Of a stretch of 15,612 nt of DNA, positions 15,480 through 15,612 are shown one piece after another. The notes under the pieces were generated by a model. The model was given only the letters and a program-made list of their open reading frames with translations. It was not told the DNA's origin and made no database searches. Numbering within the stretch: position 1 is the stretch's first letter; every line of letters begins with the position of its first letter. The stretch spans positions 1 through 15,612 of the forward strand of contig JAYVCD010000451.1 in assembly GCA_043750125.1 (NCBI GenBank). The letters are read 5' to 3'. The translations under genes and the position numbers were made by a program. The DNA is from Archangiaceae bacterium (lineage in GTDB: Bacteria > Myxococcota > Myxococcia > Myxococcales > Myxococcaceae).

Positions 15480-15525
15480 CCAGGTGGTCGCGATGTTCAC
15501 CCAATTAAACCGTGGAAGGGCAACC

Positions 15526-15612
15526 ATGAACCTCCGGAAAGCCATTCTTGTTGTTGTGTTCCTGGCTGCTGCAACGGCGACTGCGCAAACCGTAACCGCG
15601 GAAAAGACGGAG
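15526..15612 (+). CDS. Secreted protein (3'-partial; only the signal peptide is visible)
   Basis: GGAAGGG SD, then MNLRKAILVVVFLAAATATA-QTVTAEKTE, a Sec signal with an A-x-A cleavage site. Runs off the window. Confidence 0.7.
   Translation, partial: MNLRKAILVVVFLAAATATAQTVTAEKTE

Overview
GC-rich bacterial DNA whose gene content points to Myxococcota (inference from Cys-rich lipoproteins, a tandem-PilZ protein, a PEGA protein and a Hanks-type kinase). From left to right: a 5'-partial Cys-rich lipoprotein coupled to an XRE-HTH regulator with a C-terminal CCCH finger (+); a minus-strand trio of a small lipoprotein, a Cys-rich/7-repeat propeller-like lipoprotein carrying a G13 tract, and a tandem-PilZ protein; a PEGA-domain membrane protein (+); a heavily eroded sensor-HAMP-class III nucleotide cyclase pseudogene (+); an intact minus-strand operon of Ser/Thr kinase -> TPR-fused TonB-dependent receptor -> lipoprotein -> lipoprotein, whose first three genes have overlapping stop/start codons; a DUF1800/DUF1501 pair collapsed by serial deletions (-); a divergent ECF sigma plus zinc-binding anti-sigma pair (+); and the start of a secreted protein behind a sigma54-like promoter. 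The best candidate for an undescribed system is the kinase/TPR-TBDR/lipoprotein operon, a possible kinase-based trans-envelope signalling module. No rRNA, tRNA, CRISPR array or mobile element was recognised. All family calls come from motifs read by eye; no database search was run.
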